A stretch of 64,000 nt of DNA from a virus, in the IMG/VR virus record IMGVR_UViG_3300027977_000008, positions 96,001 through 160,000 of that record; one strand, given 5' to 3'. Below are positions 54,848 to 63,681 of this stretch, piece by piece. Position numbers and translations under genes: made by a program. Numbering within the stretch: position 1 is the first letter of the stretch; each line of letters begins with the position of its first letter. Below the pieces are notes generated by a model. The model was not told where the DNA came from. It ran no database searches and saw nothing but the letters and a program-made list of their open reading frames with translations.

Positions 54848-55249
54848 ATGTCACAGTATTACACAATTAGAGATGCTCGTAACCCAAGATGGGCTAATCC
54901 TGAGCATAACACAATCGACTTAGAAGTTGATTTTACCGATCTTCCTGAAGAGTACCTACCTTATACTGCTGCACCAACGGATGTTGTTGAGCATTCAAGA
55001 GAACTTTATAACAGAGCTCTTGCTGGTGAATTTGGTACTATTGCAGAATATGATGGTCCTCTAAAATGGACACCAGTTAATAAAACTACCATTCAGGTTT
55101 CTACTGAAGGTTTAGTTCAACTTCTACTTGAAAAGGGTATCCTTACCGATGAAGAAGTTGATACAATTCTTATTGAAGAAACAGTAACAGTTGGTTTTGC
55201 AAGAACCACATTTAACGGTTCAAATCCTGTTTATACTGGCGTTTACTAA
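54848..55249 (+). CDS. Tail fibre assembly chaperone-like protein
   Basis: RNPRWAN.EH.TID.EV.F......LPYTA...D...HSRELY.RA.AGEFG.IAEY. Confidence 0.7.
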   Translation: MSQYYTIRDARNPRWANPEHNTIDLEVDFTDLPEEYLPYTAAPTDVVEHSRELYNRALAGEFGTIAEYDGPLKWTPVNKTTIQVSTEGLVQLLLEKGILTDEEVDTILIEETVTVGFARTTFNGSNPVYTGVY

Positions 55250-55254
55250 TATAA

Positions 55255-56241
55255 GTGTTCGCTGATCAATCTGATAAGTGGCACCATTCAATCTGCAGGT
55301 ATTTGGGGTTATCCTCAGATACCTCTTTTTTATTTGGTGTAATTCCTGGTGTTTGTCGTGAAGTTCTCGGCAGACGTGATTTTATGTATACACAACCAGA
55401 ATGTTTTAATGCTACTAAAGTATATTGTTTTACTGAACCACACAACAATAAAATAAACAACAGTAAAGTTGTTCGTTCATACTATGGTGTTTGTCCATTT
55501 TTATGGGATCTTGGTGTAACTGCAATTAAAAAAGAATACGATCCTAAAGGTTCGTTATTTTTTTTACCAAGAGATGATGTAGGAACAATTCGTAAAGACG
55601 AATGGCAATCGGTGCAAGATGTTATTGATAATGCACCAAAACCAATTACATTCTTATTACCTTGGAGGCAGTGTGATATATGGAAACATTGGAATAAGTT
55701 ATCTTTACCGGAAGATTGTAACTTTGTGCAAATGTCCGATAAAGAAACAAGACAATTTGTTTTGTCCGAGTTATTTTTAACCCACAAAAACATTTATATT
55801 CCTTGGCCAGGTACAGATGTTTATTTTGCAGAATTTTTAGAAAAAAATATTATTATCTACGATGACATCAAAAAATATAGGACTAAGACTGTTGATGAAG
55901 GTGGCAAACAAATTCAATCAAAAGTTCTTAGATTTTTAAAGTGGGGGTATGATTATCTAAATGATACACAAAAACAATTTTTTCACTGGACAGAAAAGTG
56001 GAATGATTTATCTTTAGGCGATAGAAGATTTCTTACAACAAAAATGTTAGGACTTGATGTATTGAAATCGCCTAAAGAGTTATTTGATGATATGAAATTA
56101 AACGGATTTCTTCAAGAAGAATTAGAATTTGTGTGTGATGAAAACTATCAAAAGTCTTATGAGTGGTTGAAAACTAAATCTGAAAAATTTGTCAATTCTA
56201 ATTGTAGTAGTGAGTGTGCTACCATATTGGGTAAACTTTAG
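55255..56241 (+). CDS. Hypothetical protein (possible sugar transferase)
   Basis: 328 aa ORF; no decisive motif. Confidence 0.55.
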   Translation: MFADQSDKWHHSICRYLGLSSDTSFLFGVIPGVCREVLGRRDFMYTQPECFNATKVYCFTEPHNNKINNSKVVRSYYGVCPFLWDLGVTAIKKEYDPKGSLFFLPRDDVGTIRKDEWQSVQDVIDNAPKPITFLLPWRQCDIWKHWNKLSLPEDCNFVQMSDKETRQFVLSELFLTHKNIYIPWPGTDVYFAEFLEKNIIIYDDIKKYRTKTVDEGGKQIQSKVLRFLKWGYDYLNDTQKQFFHWTEKWNDLSLGDRRFLTTKMLGLDVLKSPKELFDDMKLNGFLQEELEFVCDENYQKSYEWLKTKSEKFVNSNCSSECATILGKL

Positions 56242-56591
56242 AATTGCCGAAAAAAATCGTTGTCTTCCCAACCTTTATCATCAACGTAATGTGCTGCACG
56301 AGGTTTACCAAAAAACAACTGATGATATAAAACACCCCATTCTTTTAGTTGTTTTTCCGTAAATTCTCGCATTAATTTATCTGCTTCTGCTTGATTGTTG
56401 TTAGATCCAAGCATACCACGAGCAGTCATCAGGTAAATCTGAGCACCTTTTTGATATAGACGATTAACAACACTAATTCGTGAAAGAATTGGTTGAGCAT
56501 CTTTAAGGTTACAGTTTTCTTCTGTGCAAAGAGTACCATCAATATCAAAGCAGTAGATCTCTGCCTTATCATCAATATCAGAAACAATCAT
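56238..56591 (-). CDS. HAD-family phosphatase (capsule-biosynthesis type)
   Basis: FDIDGTLC, TARG, GKP, YVDDK. Confidence 0.85.
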   Translation of the reverse strand: MIVSDIDDKAEIYCFDIDGTLCTEENCNLKDAQPILSRISVVNRLYQKGAQIYLMTARGMLGSNNNQAEADKLMREFTEKQLKEWGVLYHQLFFGKPRAAHYVDDKGWEDNDFFRQF

Positions 56592-57049
56592 GGCAATTTA
56601 GGAAGTGTAATCCCATTATACGACATAAGCATATACATTGTCCAGAGTGCATTGACTTCAAATTCGTGATATGTTTCTACATCAAGAACAATTGTCTCAA
56701 TGGTCTTATGTTTTTGTGGTGCAATCAATACAACAGGCATACCATACTCAACATCTTCTAGAGCAGTCACCAATGAAGATTGCATCCTGCAACTAATACC
56801 AATAATTAGATCTGCTGTATGACAAGCATAATCTACCCATTTTTCATGCCATCCACCATCAACATCAAATGCAGTGATTGAAATACTATCAGGAGCAAAA
56901 CAGAATTTATCTGTATGGCGATAAATATCAGATGCCATATGTTGAGCAACTGCTAAGTTGCCGCCATTACCAATTAGAGCAATTTTAGATGCTTTACCAA
57001 ACATCTTTGCTGCTTGTTCAATATTGCCGTTTTGAAAGTTCATGTTCAA
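56588..57049 (-). CDS. SIS-domain sugar-phosphate isomerase (GmhA-like)
   Basis: IGNGGNLAVAQHMASD, IGISC. Confidence 0.75.
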   Translation of the reverse strand: MNMNFQNGNIEQAAKMFGKASKIALIGNGGNLAVAQHMASDIYRHTDKFCFAPDSISITAFDVDGGWHEKWVDYACHTADLIIGISCRMQSSLVTALEDVEYGMPVVLIAPQKHKTIETIVLDVETYHEFEVNALWTMYMLMSYNGITLPKLP

Positions 57050-57752
57050 TTTCTTGGATGTGAGATTGTCTATCTACTGCTCTTATTTTACCACATTTTA
57101 GATCATATGGCAATACTTCATATTTTCCACAAAAACCAATCGTATCTAATCCTTTCCAATATTCAACAAATCCCATATCAAGATTAGGAAAATCACAGAT
57201 TACATCTCGTTTATAAAAATATAATCCCAATTGCACCGTGATATTTTTGCACATTACATCTGGTGTTCTTTGCATATGAACAACTCTACCATTATTTTCA
57301 ATCATCTTAACAACATCTTCGTCTTCAAGATCATCAGGTTCTAGTTGTCTTGATGCTTGAACCATATCATAATCGTTATCAACACCAAACTCAATAATGT
57401 TATCGATCCATGCAGGATTTGTTAACGGTTCGTCTCCTTGCAAATTAAAAACATAATCACTTTCTAGAGTTTGAGATACCTCTGACACGCGATGAGTGCA
57501 GGTATAGTGTTGATCTGTAAGTTGTGATTGATATCCATTGATTTCACATAAGCGTTTGATGATTTCGTCTTCTGTAGCTACAATGATTTGATCAAAATAC
57601 TTAGATTGTTTTGCAATATCTGCAACACGTACTACCATTTCACGTCCTAGTATCCTAGCAAGTGGTTTGCCATGAAATCGACTAGATTTCATTCTTGCTG
57701 GGATGACACAAGTTATTTTTTTATTGTTATACATACTAAAATAGTTTTTCAT
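57018..57752 (-). CDS. KdsB-like cytidylyltransferase
   Basis: VIPARMKSSRFHGKPLA.ILG, VATED, NLQGDEP, AVD. Confidence 0.85.
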   Translation of the reverse strand: MKNYFSMYNNKKITCVIPARMKSSRFHGKPLARILGREMVVRVADIAKQSKYFDQIIVATEDEIIKRLCEINGYQSQLTDQHYTCTHRVSEVSQTLESDYVFNLQGDEPLTNPAWIDNIIEFGVDNDYDMVQASRQLEPDDLEDEDVVKMIENNGRVVHMQRTPDVMCKNITVQLGLYFYKRDVICDFPNLDMGFVEYWKGLDTIGFCGKYEVLPYDLKCGKIRAVDRQSHIQEIEHELSKRQY

Positions 57753-57769
57753 ATTTATTATACCATATT

Positions 57770-58258
57770 ATGACAATTCTATCCAAGTTGGGACAAACAA
57801 ATACTATCTGGCACATGGCATTTACATGTCCAGATATTGATGCTGCAATAGAATATTGTTGTGATGTCCTTGGATGTAAATTTTGTAGAAAGTTTGCCAT
57901 TACTGTCGAAGACGGTTCTCATAACTTAGGATTTATTTTTTCATTTGCTGGACATCATATTGTTGTTACACAAGGGGAAACATCTATACCACAACCAGAT
58001 AATAGAATGCCTAGACATTCTGGACCTATCTTTTTAGATAAGAATGAATATTTTGAAGTTGTTAATTATGTTAAGTCACATCCAAAGATTAATGTAATTG
58101 AAAGTAAATATACTACATTTATATCAAAAAAACTTTCATCAGAAGAAAAAAATTTACATGGACAAAACGTAAGGTGTCATAAGACTACTATAAAGGATCC
58201 ATGGGATAACTGGATTGAAATGAAGTATTATTCATATGCGGATCAAATTTATACTTGA
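57770..58258 (+). CDS. VOC/glyoxalase-family protein
   Basis: HMAFTC.DID.A..Y...VLGC, FAGHHIV, PRHSG, DPWDNWIEMK. Confidence 0.75.
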   Translation: MTILSKLGQTNTIWHMAFTCPDIDAAIEYCCDVLGCKFCRKFAITVEDGSHNLGFIFSFAGHHIVVTQGETSIPQPDNRMPRHSGPIFLDKNEYFEVVNYVKSHPKINVIESKYTTFISKKLSSEEKNLHGQNVRCHKTTIKDPWDNWIEMKYYSYADQIYT

Positions 58259-58283
58259 CAAATCCCGCAATTACGACTAGGAT
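58255..58283 (+). promoter_or_regulatory. sigma70 promoter
   Basis: TTGACA-N17-TAGGAT. Confidence 0.6.
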
Positions 58284-58306
58284 AGCTCTGATACCGATGA
58301 CAAATC

Positions 58307-58483
58307 ATGTTCCAGTTGGGTCAAGAAGTTCAGTATAATGGGCATAAAGGCATAGTAGATTTCTATGACAAACATTATATTGGAATATGTATTAGTGGAT
58401 GTACAGATCGGTTGCGTTCTGTTCGTTTGATTGTATATCCTTGTGATTGGGATAAAGTTAGTATAAATACCGATAGAACATAA
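58307..58483 (+). CDS. Small hypothetical protein (not in ORF track)
   Basis: MFQLGQEVQYNGHKGIVDFYDKHYIGICISGCTDRLRSVRLIVYPCDWDKVSINTDRT. Confidence 0.55.
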   Translation: MFQLGQEVQYNGHKGIVDFYDKHYIGICISGCTDRLRSVRLIVYPCDWDKVSINTDRT

Positions 58484-58495
58484 TTTCTATTGGTA

Positions 58496-59026
58496 ATGAA
58501 CCCCCAAGAATTATACGAAGCATATATGACAGTCTACGAAAGTGATGATCGTAGAGAAATGAGAAAACTTGCTTCACAAGAAAGACAAGCAGAAAAGAAA
58601 TCTGAAAATGAATTTAGAAATAATGGTGGTATTGGTGCTAAGAAATCTGGACCAAAAATGAGCACCACAAAATTGTCTAAGAAGGAGGGTGAAGAATATT
58701 CTAAGCAGACAATGAATACTGCCGAGTATATTGCAAAAAATGCAAAAAAACATACTGTAGGTAATCTTTTTCCTGAGCAAGTAGATTATTTTGATAAGGT
58801 TCTATCAGAAATTACTGCTGCTGGTTATACTGTATACCAAGCATTATCGTATATGGTTTATGAAGCACAGCACGCTAGAAACAATCCAGAGAAGTATGAG
58901 CGTGAACAAGAGAAAAGTCAATCTTCCCGTGACCGTAAAATGAATGATCCTAAGACTGGTATCAAGTCTAAAGCGTTCAATGATTTCTATAATGCTCAGA
59001 TGGCATCTAAAAAGAAAAAGCCCTGA
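58496..59026 (+). CDS. Third member of the late 'EAY..VYE' family
   Basis: TATAAATA at 58462; MNPQELYEAYMTVYES; degenerate module DYFDKVLSEITAAGY. Confidence 0.7.
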   Translation: MNPQELYEAYMTVYESDDRREMRKLASQERQAEKKSENEFRNNGGIGAKKSGPKMSTTKLSKKEGEEYSKQTMNTAEYIAKNAKKHTVGNLFPEQVDYFDKVLSEITAAGYTVYQALSYMVYEAQHARNNPEKYEREQEKSQSSRDRKMNDPKTGIKSKAFNDFYNAQMASKKKKP

Positions 59027-59027
59027 A

Positions 59028-59081
59028 CCAGTTTTTAAACTGTCCACTAAACCGCCCTTTCAGGCGGTTTTTTGCTATGAT
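59028..59081 (+). promoter_or_regulatory. Phage early-type promoter motif overlapping a terminator
   Basis: CAGTT-TTTA-AACTG-TCCAC, hairpin ACCGCC/GGCGGT plus T-run, TATGAT at 59076. Confidence 0.6.
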
Positions 59082-59102
59082 ACTGTCAAATCAAGAAAAA
59101 CA

Positions 59103-61274
59103 ATGTCAGTCAATATCGAAATCAAGGGCAATCTGGCACGGTTGCTTGCTACTGAAAACCTGATTGTTGAACATAAGCAGGTAGAAACTGCTATGTTTGA
59201 TGTTGATCGCCGTGTGTTGACGTTACCGATGTGGCAGAAAGCAAGCAATTATGTTTATGATATGCTTGTTGCACATGAAGTTGGTCATGCGTTGTTTACA
59301 CCATTCCGTGGGTGGAATTTTGAAGAAACTTATAAAAATGTTCCTCCCGATTATGTGAATGTAGTTGAAGATGCTCGTATTGAGCGTTTGATGAAGAACA
59401 AATTTGCAGGTCTATCGCGTGATTTTTACGCTGCATATAATGAATTACACCATGATAATTTTTTCTGTGTAAAAGATGAAGACATCAATCGGATGAAACT
59501 GATTGACAAAATTAATTTGTATTTCAAAATTGGTGCATATCTTTGTATTGACTTTGAAGATGATGAAGAACAGTTTGTAACTGAAATTGTAAAAGCAGAA
59601 ACGTTTGAGCAAGTTCTTGATATTTCTAAACGTATTCATGAGTATGCTAAACAACAACACAAACAGAAAAAAGTTCAACCTCAAGAAAGTCAAGATGATG
59701 TTTCTGATGGACATCAAACTTCTCAACAACCACAATCATCAACTGATAGTGTAAATGATAAAGATGACTTTGAAAATCTTGAGCAAAATAACAATAGCAT
59801 CAAGGAAAGTAAATCTGAAGTTGGTAATAAAAAAGTAGAGAAACCAAAAGCAAATCTTAATTCAGAAGATGAAGGTGATCTAGATAAATCTGACACTCAA
59901 CAATCATTCTCTAATAAGAGTAGTGATTTGATTGATCATCGCTTATTTGAAACTCTGTACGTTGGAGTTCCTAAACTGAATATTGATAATGTTGTTGTTG
60001 ATTTTGACACCGTTAAGAAGTATCTCGATCTTCATTATCAAGACGAAGCACTAGTCAATTCTGCACGGGAAGATCTGATCAAAGAAGAGATCCAACGTTA
60101 TATTCAATTCAAGAACTCTGCTGCTAAGGAAGTTAACTACTTGGTAAAAGAGTTTGAGATGAAAAAGTCAGCAGATGCTTATGCTCGTGTTACAACTTCA
60201 CGCACTGGTGTACTGAATACAGGTAAACTACATTCATATAAGTACAATGAAGATCTGTTTAGAAAAGTAACATCCATTCCTGAAGGAAAAAACCACGGTC
60301 TAGTGTTTTATCTAGATTGGTCTGGTAGTATGCAGCATATTATGCTAGATACTATGAAACAACTATTTCAGTTGATTTGGTTCTGCCGTAAAGTTAATAT
60401 TCCTTTTGATGTGTATGCGTTTACCAATAACGCTTATAGTCTGAACATTGGTGATAATACTACGCCAGCTCATGATATTTCTAAAATGGATGTGTGTAAA
60501 GAATGGAAGGAAAATGATATTGCTATTGATGGATGTTTCCGTATGGTCAATGTTCTTAGCAGCAATGTGAAGAATGATGATCTAAATAAAATGATGCAGA
60601 ACTTGTGGTTGACTGCTAAATCATTCAGCAGCAGTCACTATGAGTATCCTCTTCGGTTTTCGCTTGGTGGTACACCTTTGAATGAGTGTATTATTGCATC
60701 TGCTCAACTTATGAAACAATTTATCAATAAGCATAAAGTGCAAAAGTGTCATGCTATTGTTCTTACTGATGGGGAAGGTTACAGTCCATCTTATAATTTT
60801 ATTCGTAAATACGATAGTGATGTTAAAAAAAGTCGTCGTCGAATTTATCATAATGCTGTAATCCGCAATTGTCGTAATGGACGTACATATTCCCCTCACA
60901 ATACAGAGGGAGATTTCACAAGCAAACTGATTGAATATGTGAAGGATGATGTTCCTGGTGTGAGTTTTGTTGGGTTCCGTGTTCTTGAACGAGGTTCACT
61001 TAGCAACTTTTTTCATTGGTATGGTATTAATAGTCAATACAAAAGTCTTGATGAAATGCGTAATGATCTAAGAAAAAATAATAGTCTTTGTATGAAGACT
61101 AAAGCATTTGATTTGTTCTTTGGTCTGCAACAATCTTCATTAAGTGTTGATGCTGATTTAAAAGTAGAAGACGATGCTTCTAAGCGAGAGATTAGTAATG
61201 CTTTTCGTAAGATGTTTAAGGGTAAAAAAACTAATAAGTTTGTACTTCAAACATTTGTAAAGCAAATCGCATGA
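59103..61274 (+). CDS. Metallopeptidase-like + VWA domain protein (CobT-like partner of the MoxR ATPase)
   Basis: HEVGH, VNVVEDARIE, DWSGS MIDAS, GGTPL, LTDGE; start MSVNIE at 59103. Confidence 0.85.
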   Translation: MSVNIEIKGNLARLLATENLIVEHKQVETAMFDVDRRVLTLPMWQKASNYVYDMLVAHEVGHALFTPFRGWNFEETYKNVPPDYVNVVEDARIERLMKNKFAGLSRDFYAAYNELHHDNFFCVKDEDINRMKLIDKINLYFKIGAYLCIDFEDDEEQFVTEIVKAETFEQVLDISKRIHEYAKQQHKQKKVQPQESQDDVSDGHQTSQQPQSSTDSVNDKDDFENLEQNNNSIKESKSEVGNKKVEKPKANLNSEDEGDLDKSDTQQSFSNKSSDLIDHRLFETLYVGVPKLNIDNVVVDFDTVKKYLDLHYQDEALVNSAREDLIKEEIQRYIQFKNSAAKEVNYLVKEFEMKKSADAYARVTTSRTGVLNTGKLHSYKYNEDLFRKVTSIPEGKNHGLVFYLDWSGSMQHIMLDTMKQLFQLIWFCRKVNIPFDVYAFTNNAYSLNIGDNTTPAHDISKMDVCKEWKENDIAIDGCFRMVNVLSSNVKNDDLNKMMQNLWLTAKSFSSSHYEYPLRFSLGGTPLNECIIASAQLMKQFINKHKVQKCHAIVLTDGEGYSPSYNFIRKYDSDVKKSRRRIYHNAVIRNCRNGRTYSPHNTEGDFTSKLIEYVKDDVPGVSFVGFRVLERGSLSNFFHWYGINSQYKSLDEMRNDLRKNNSLCMKTKAFDLFFGLQQSSLSVDADLKVEDDASKREISNAFRKMFKGKKTNKFVLQTFVKQIA

Positions 61275-61423
61275 ACACACCTAATTGGCAACACAATTCT
61301 AGTAAAGATCCCAAACGTAGTCTCAAACCTCAAGCGTTGAGACAAGCGAAAGCACGTCGCCAAGCATTACTGAGACAGTTGATGAACCGTCCACCAAATT
61401 CCCAAAACCATCCCAATTCCTGA
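61271..61423 (+). CDS. Small basic cyanophage protein (not in ORF track)
   Basis: MNTPNWQHNSSKDPKRSLKPQALRQAKARRQALLRQLMNRPPNSQNHPNS; ATG overlaps the previous TGA. Confidence 0.55.
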   Translation: MNTPNWQHNSSKDPKRSLKPQALRQAKARRQALLRQLMNRPPNSQNHPNS

Positions 61424-61429
61424 TAAGAT
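61375..61429 (+). promoter_or_regulatory. Phage early-type promoter motif
   Basis: CAGTT-GATG-AACCG-TCCAC, TAAGAT at 61424. Confidence 0.55.
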
Positions 61430-61450
61430 ACTTTCAGTTCAAAAAAAGAC

Positions 61451-62551
61451 ATGCCACGCACTATCGACTTTACGCACCACTTTGATAACTTGAGTGACAA
61501 CTTTGGCACTGAGATTAATGCTGATATGCTGCGAGCATATTGCAACACTCATAGTGTTTCTTATGCTACAATTACAAAGTATCTAAACCAATATAAAGTT
61601 GGTCGTGGTAAATGGAACTTGACTGTGGAACAAGTAAAAGAACAATTGGAAAGTATTGTGGATACCAGTGTGCCACTTTGTAAAACTGCTAAAGTAGCAC
61701 AAAATCTTATTCCCAGTAAAGATGATACCTTCATCCAGTTTGGTAATTTTAGCAGTCTTAAAAAAGTTATTGCTTCCCGTATCTTTTATCCAGTATTCAT
61801 TACGGGTCTGTCGGGTAATGGTAAGACGTTCAGTGTGGAGCAAGCGTGTGCTCAACTTGGTCGTGAATTGATCCGTGTCAATATTACAGTAGAAACTGAT
61901 GAAGATGATCTGATTGGTGGATTTCGCCTTGTCAATGGTGAAACTGTTTGGCATAATGGTCCTGTAATTCAAGCATTAGAACGTGGTGCAGTTCTGTTGC
62001 TTGATGAGATTGATCTTGCATCTAATAAAATCTTGTGCTTGCAATCTATTTTAGAAGGTAAAGGTATCTTCTTGAAGAAAATTGGTGAGTACATTAATCC
62101 TTCTGCTGGATTTACTGTAGTTGCTACTGCAAATACTAAAGGTAAGGGTTCTGATGATGGGCGATTTATTGGCACTAATGTGTTAAATGAAGCGTTTTTA
62201 GAACGCTTTCCAATTACCTTTGAGCAAGAATATCCTACACCTGCTGTAGAATATAAAATCTTACAAGCATTGTGTGAGCAACTAAATGTTCCTTTCATTG
62301 GTGAACACGAAAAGTATATCTTACATCTTTGTTCTTGGGCAGATATTGTTCGTAAGACATTTGCCGAAGGTGGTATTGATGAGATTATTTCTACTCGTCG
62401 CTTGACACATATCATTCGCGCTTATAGTATTTTTGGAGATAAAATGAAAGCAATTGAACTGTGTCTGAACAGGTTTGATGAAGAAACTAAGCAATCTTTT
62501 GTACAATTGTATACCAAATTGGATGATACTGTTGTGGTTTCTGCGGATTAA
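61451..62551 (+). CDS. cobS: MoxR-type AAA+ ATPase (phage CobS-like)
   Basis: GLSGNGKT, LLLDEID, ATANTKGKGS, NEAFLERF, ISTRRL. Confidence 0.9.
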   Translation: MPRTIDFTHHFDNLSDNFGTEINADMLRAYCNTHSVSYATITKYLNQYKVGRGKWNLTVEQVKEQLESIVDTSVPLCKTAKVAQNLIPSKDDTFIQFGNFSSLKKVIASRIFYPVFITGLSGNGKTFSVEQACAQLGRELIRVNITVETDEDDLIGGFRLVNGETVWHNGPVIQALERGAVLLLDEIDLASNKILCLQSILEGKGIFLKKIGEYINPSAGFTVVATANTKGKGSDDGRFIGTNVLNEAFLERFPITFEQEYPTPAVEYKILQALCEQLNVPFIGEHEKYILHLCSWADIVRKTFAEGGIDEIISTRRLTHIIRAYSIFGDKMKAIELCLNRFDEETKQSFVQLYTKLDDTVVVSAD

Positions 62552-62584
62552 TTATACATAGTATTACCCAAATTTTTTGGATTT

Positions 62585-62728
62585 ATGTCAAAAGAATTTT
62601 ATTTTGAAGATACGGAGGATTATGTAATTGAAAGAGTTGAATTACATTTTCAAGAAGAATATCTTGATGAGGATGAAAGATCCTCTCAGGCAGATTATGA
62701 AAGATTAGCAAATCGTTTCAACGCTTGA
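62585..62728 (+). CDS. Small acidic protein (not in ORF track)
   Basis: MSKEFYFEDTEDYVIERVELHFQEEYLDEDERSSQADYERLANRFNA. Confidence 0.5.
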   Translation: MSKEFYFEDTEDYVIERVELHFQEEYLDEDERSSQADYERLANRFNA

Positions 62729-62779
62729 CAATTTACCATGTCTATCGTAAAATCTAAGTTCAAATCAAGAGATTTCATC

Positions 62780-62926
62780 ATGCTGACTGAAAGAGATTTG
62801 AGATTACACGATGACTATGAAAACTTTGCCAAATATCTTGGCATTGATTATGAAGACTACTATGAGACAGTAGTAGATTTTTTTGTACCAGAAGAAGATT
62901 TTGAGTATGTTGGCATCAGATGTTGA
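62780..62926 (+). CDS. Small acidic protein
   Basis: MLTERDLRLHDDYENFAKYLGIDYEDYYE; promoter TTGACA(62725)-N17-TAAAAT favours this start over 62738. Confidence 0.55.
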   Translation: MLTERDLRLHDDYENFAKYLGIDYEDYYETVVDFFVPEEDFEYVGIRC

Positions 62927-62968
62927 CATTGGCGGTAAACTGATAATTAATCCTTATCAATCAACCCC

Positions 62969-62997
62969 TTGACAACCCACGATTTTCGTGGTATGAT
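62969..62997 (+). promoter_or_regulatory. sigma70 promoter
   Basis: TTGACA-N17-TATGAT. Confidence 0.7.
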
Positions 62998-63069
62998 TAC
63001 TAAGTAATCAAGGGAATGAGATGCGCCCTAAAGACACTCATTGTCAAACCACAACTTTACTTTTTTATC

Positions 63070-63294
63070 ATGACCGTTCTTAACATTGCTAACTCGACTG
63101 CTGTTGCTTCCGTGTCTTTTGGTGATAACAACGCTGTTGGCGTAAAGTTTACTTCAAACGATACTGAATACGGTTTTATCGCCAAGGATCAAACTCTTGT
63201 GCGTGAAGGTCTGGAAGGTGTTATTTCTGGTGGACAAAGTGTTGGCAAACTGATCGCTCAGTATCGCGCTGACGGTCAACTGCAAGCAGTCTGA
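63070..63294 (+). CDS. KTSC-like small protein
   Basis: STAVASVSF...VGVKF....EY.F...SVGKLI pattern; followed by terminator AACCACCCT/AGGGTGGTT near 63343-63366. Confidence 0.5.
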   Translation: MTVLNIANSTAVASVSFGDNNAVGVKFTSNDTEYGFIAKDQTLVREGLEGVISGGQSVGKLIAQYRADGQLQAV

Positions 63295-63423
63295 TTGTTT
63301 TAAAAAACTGAATATTTTGACAATCTGCTAAATCTTGCAATAACCACCCTCATAAAGGGTGGTTTTGTAGTATATTGTTAAAGCAATAAATATCAAAATG
63401 CAATATTGAAGCAGAGTATAATA

Positions 63424-63681
63424 ATGAACATGAAAACATGCCCTAAATGTGGTGCTACATGGATCAACGATCAACACTACTGGTTAACTGGTAAACAAGG
63501 TGACCCACATGATCTTGCTGGGTTAGTATGTAATAACTGTGGTGATGATACTTGCATAAATCCTTGCAAAGGATCGACAAGTGGTGTAACATGGGAGAAA
63601 CGATTAAAGGAATTAAATGAAGATTTCTTTGATAGATTGAAAGACCTTACTGATGATGTGGAGTTGGATGGTGAAACTTGA
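63424..63681 (+). CDS. Cys-rich conserved cyanophage protein
   Basis: CPKCGATWINDQHYW.TGK.G..HDLAGLVCN...CINP. Confidence 0.65.
   Translation: MNMKTCPKCGATWINDQHYWLTGKQGDPHDLAGLVCNNCGDDTCINPCKGSTSGVTWEKRLKELNEDFFDRLKDLTDDVELDGET

Noticed and set aside
58944-59102. N-terminal extension of the peptidase-VWA ORF
   Set aside because: Overlaps the upstream gene, terminator and promoter; start at 59103
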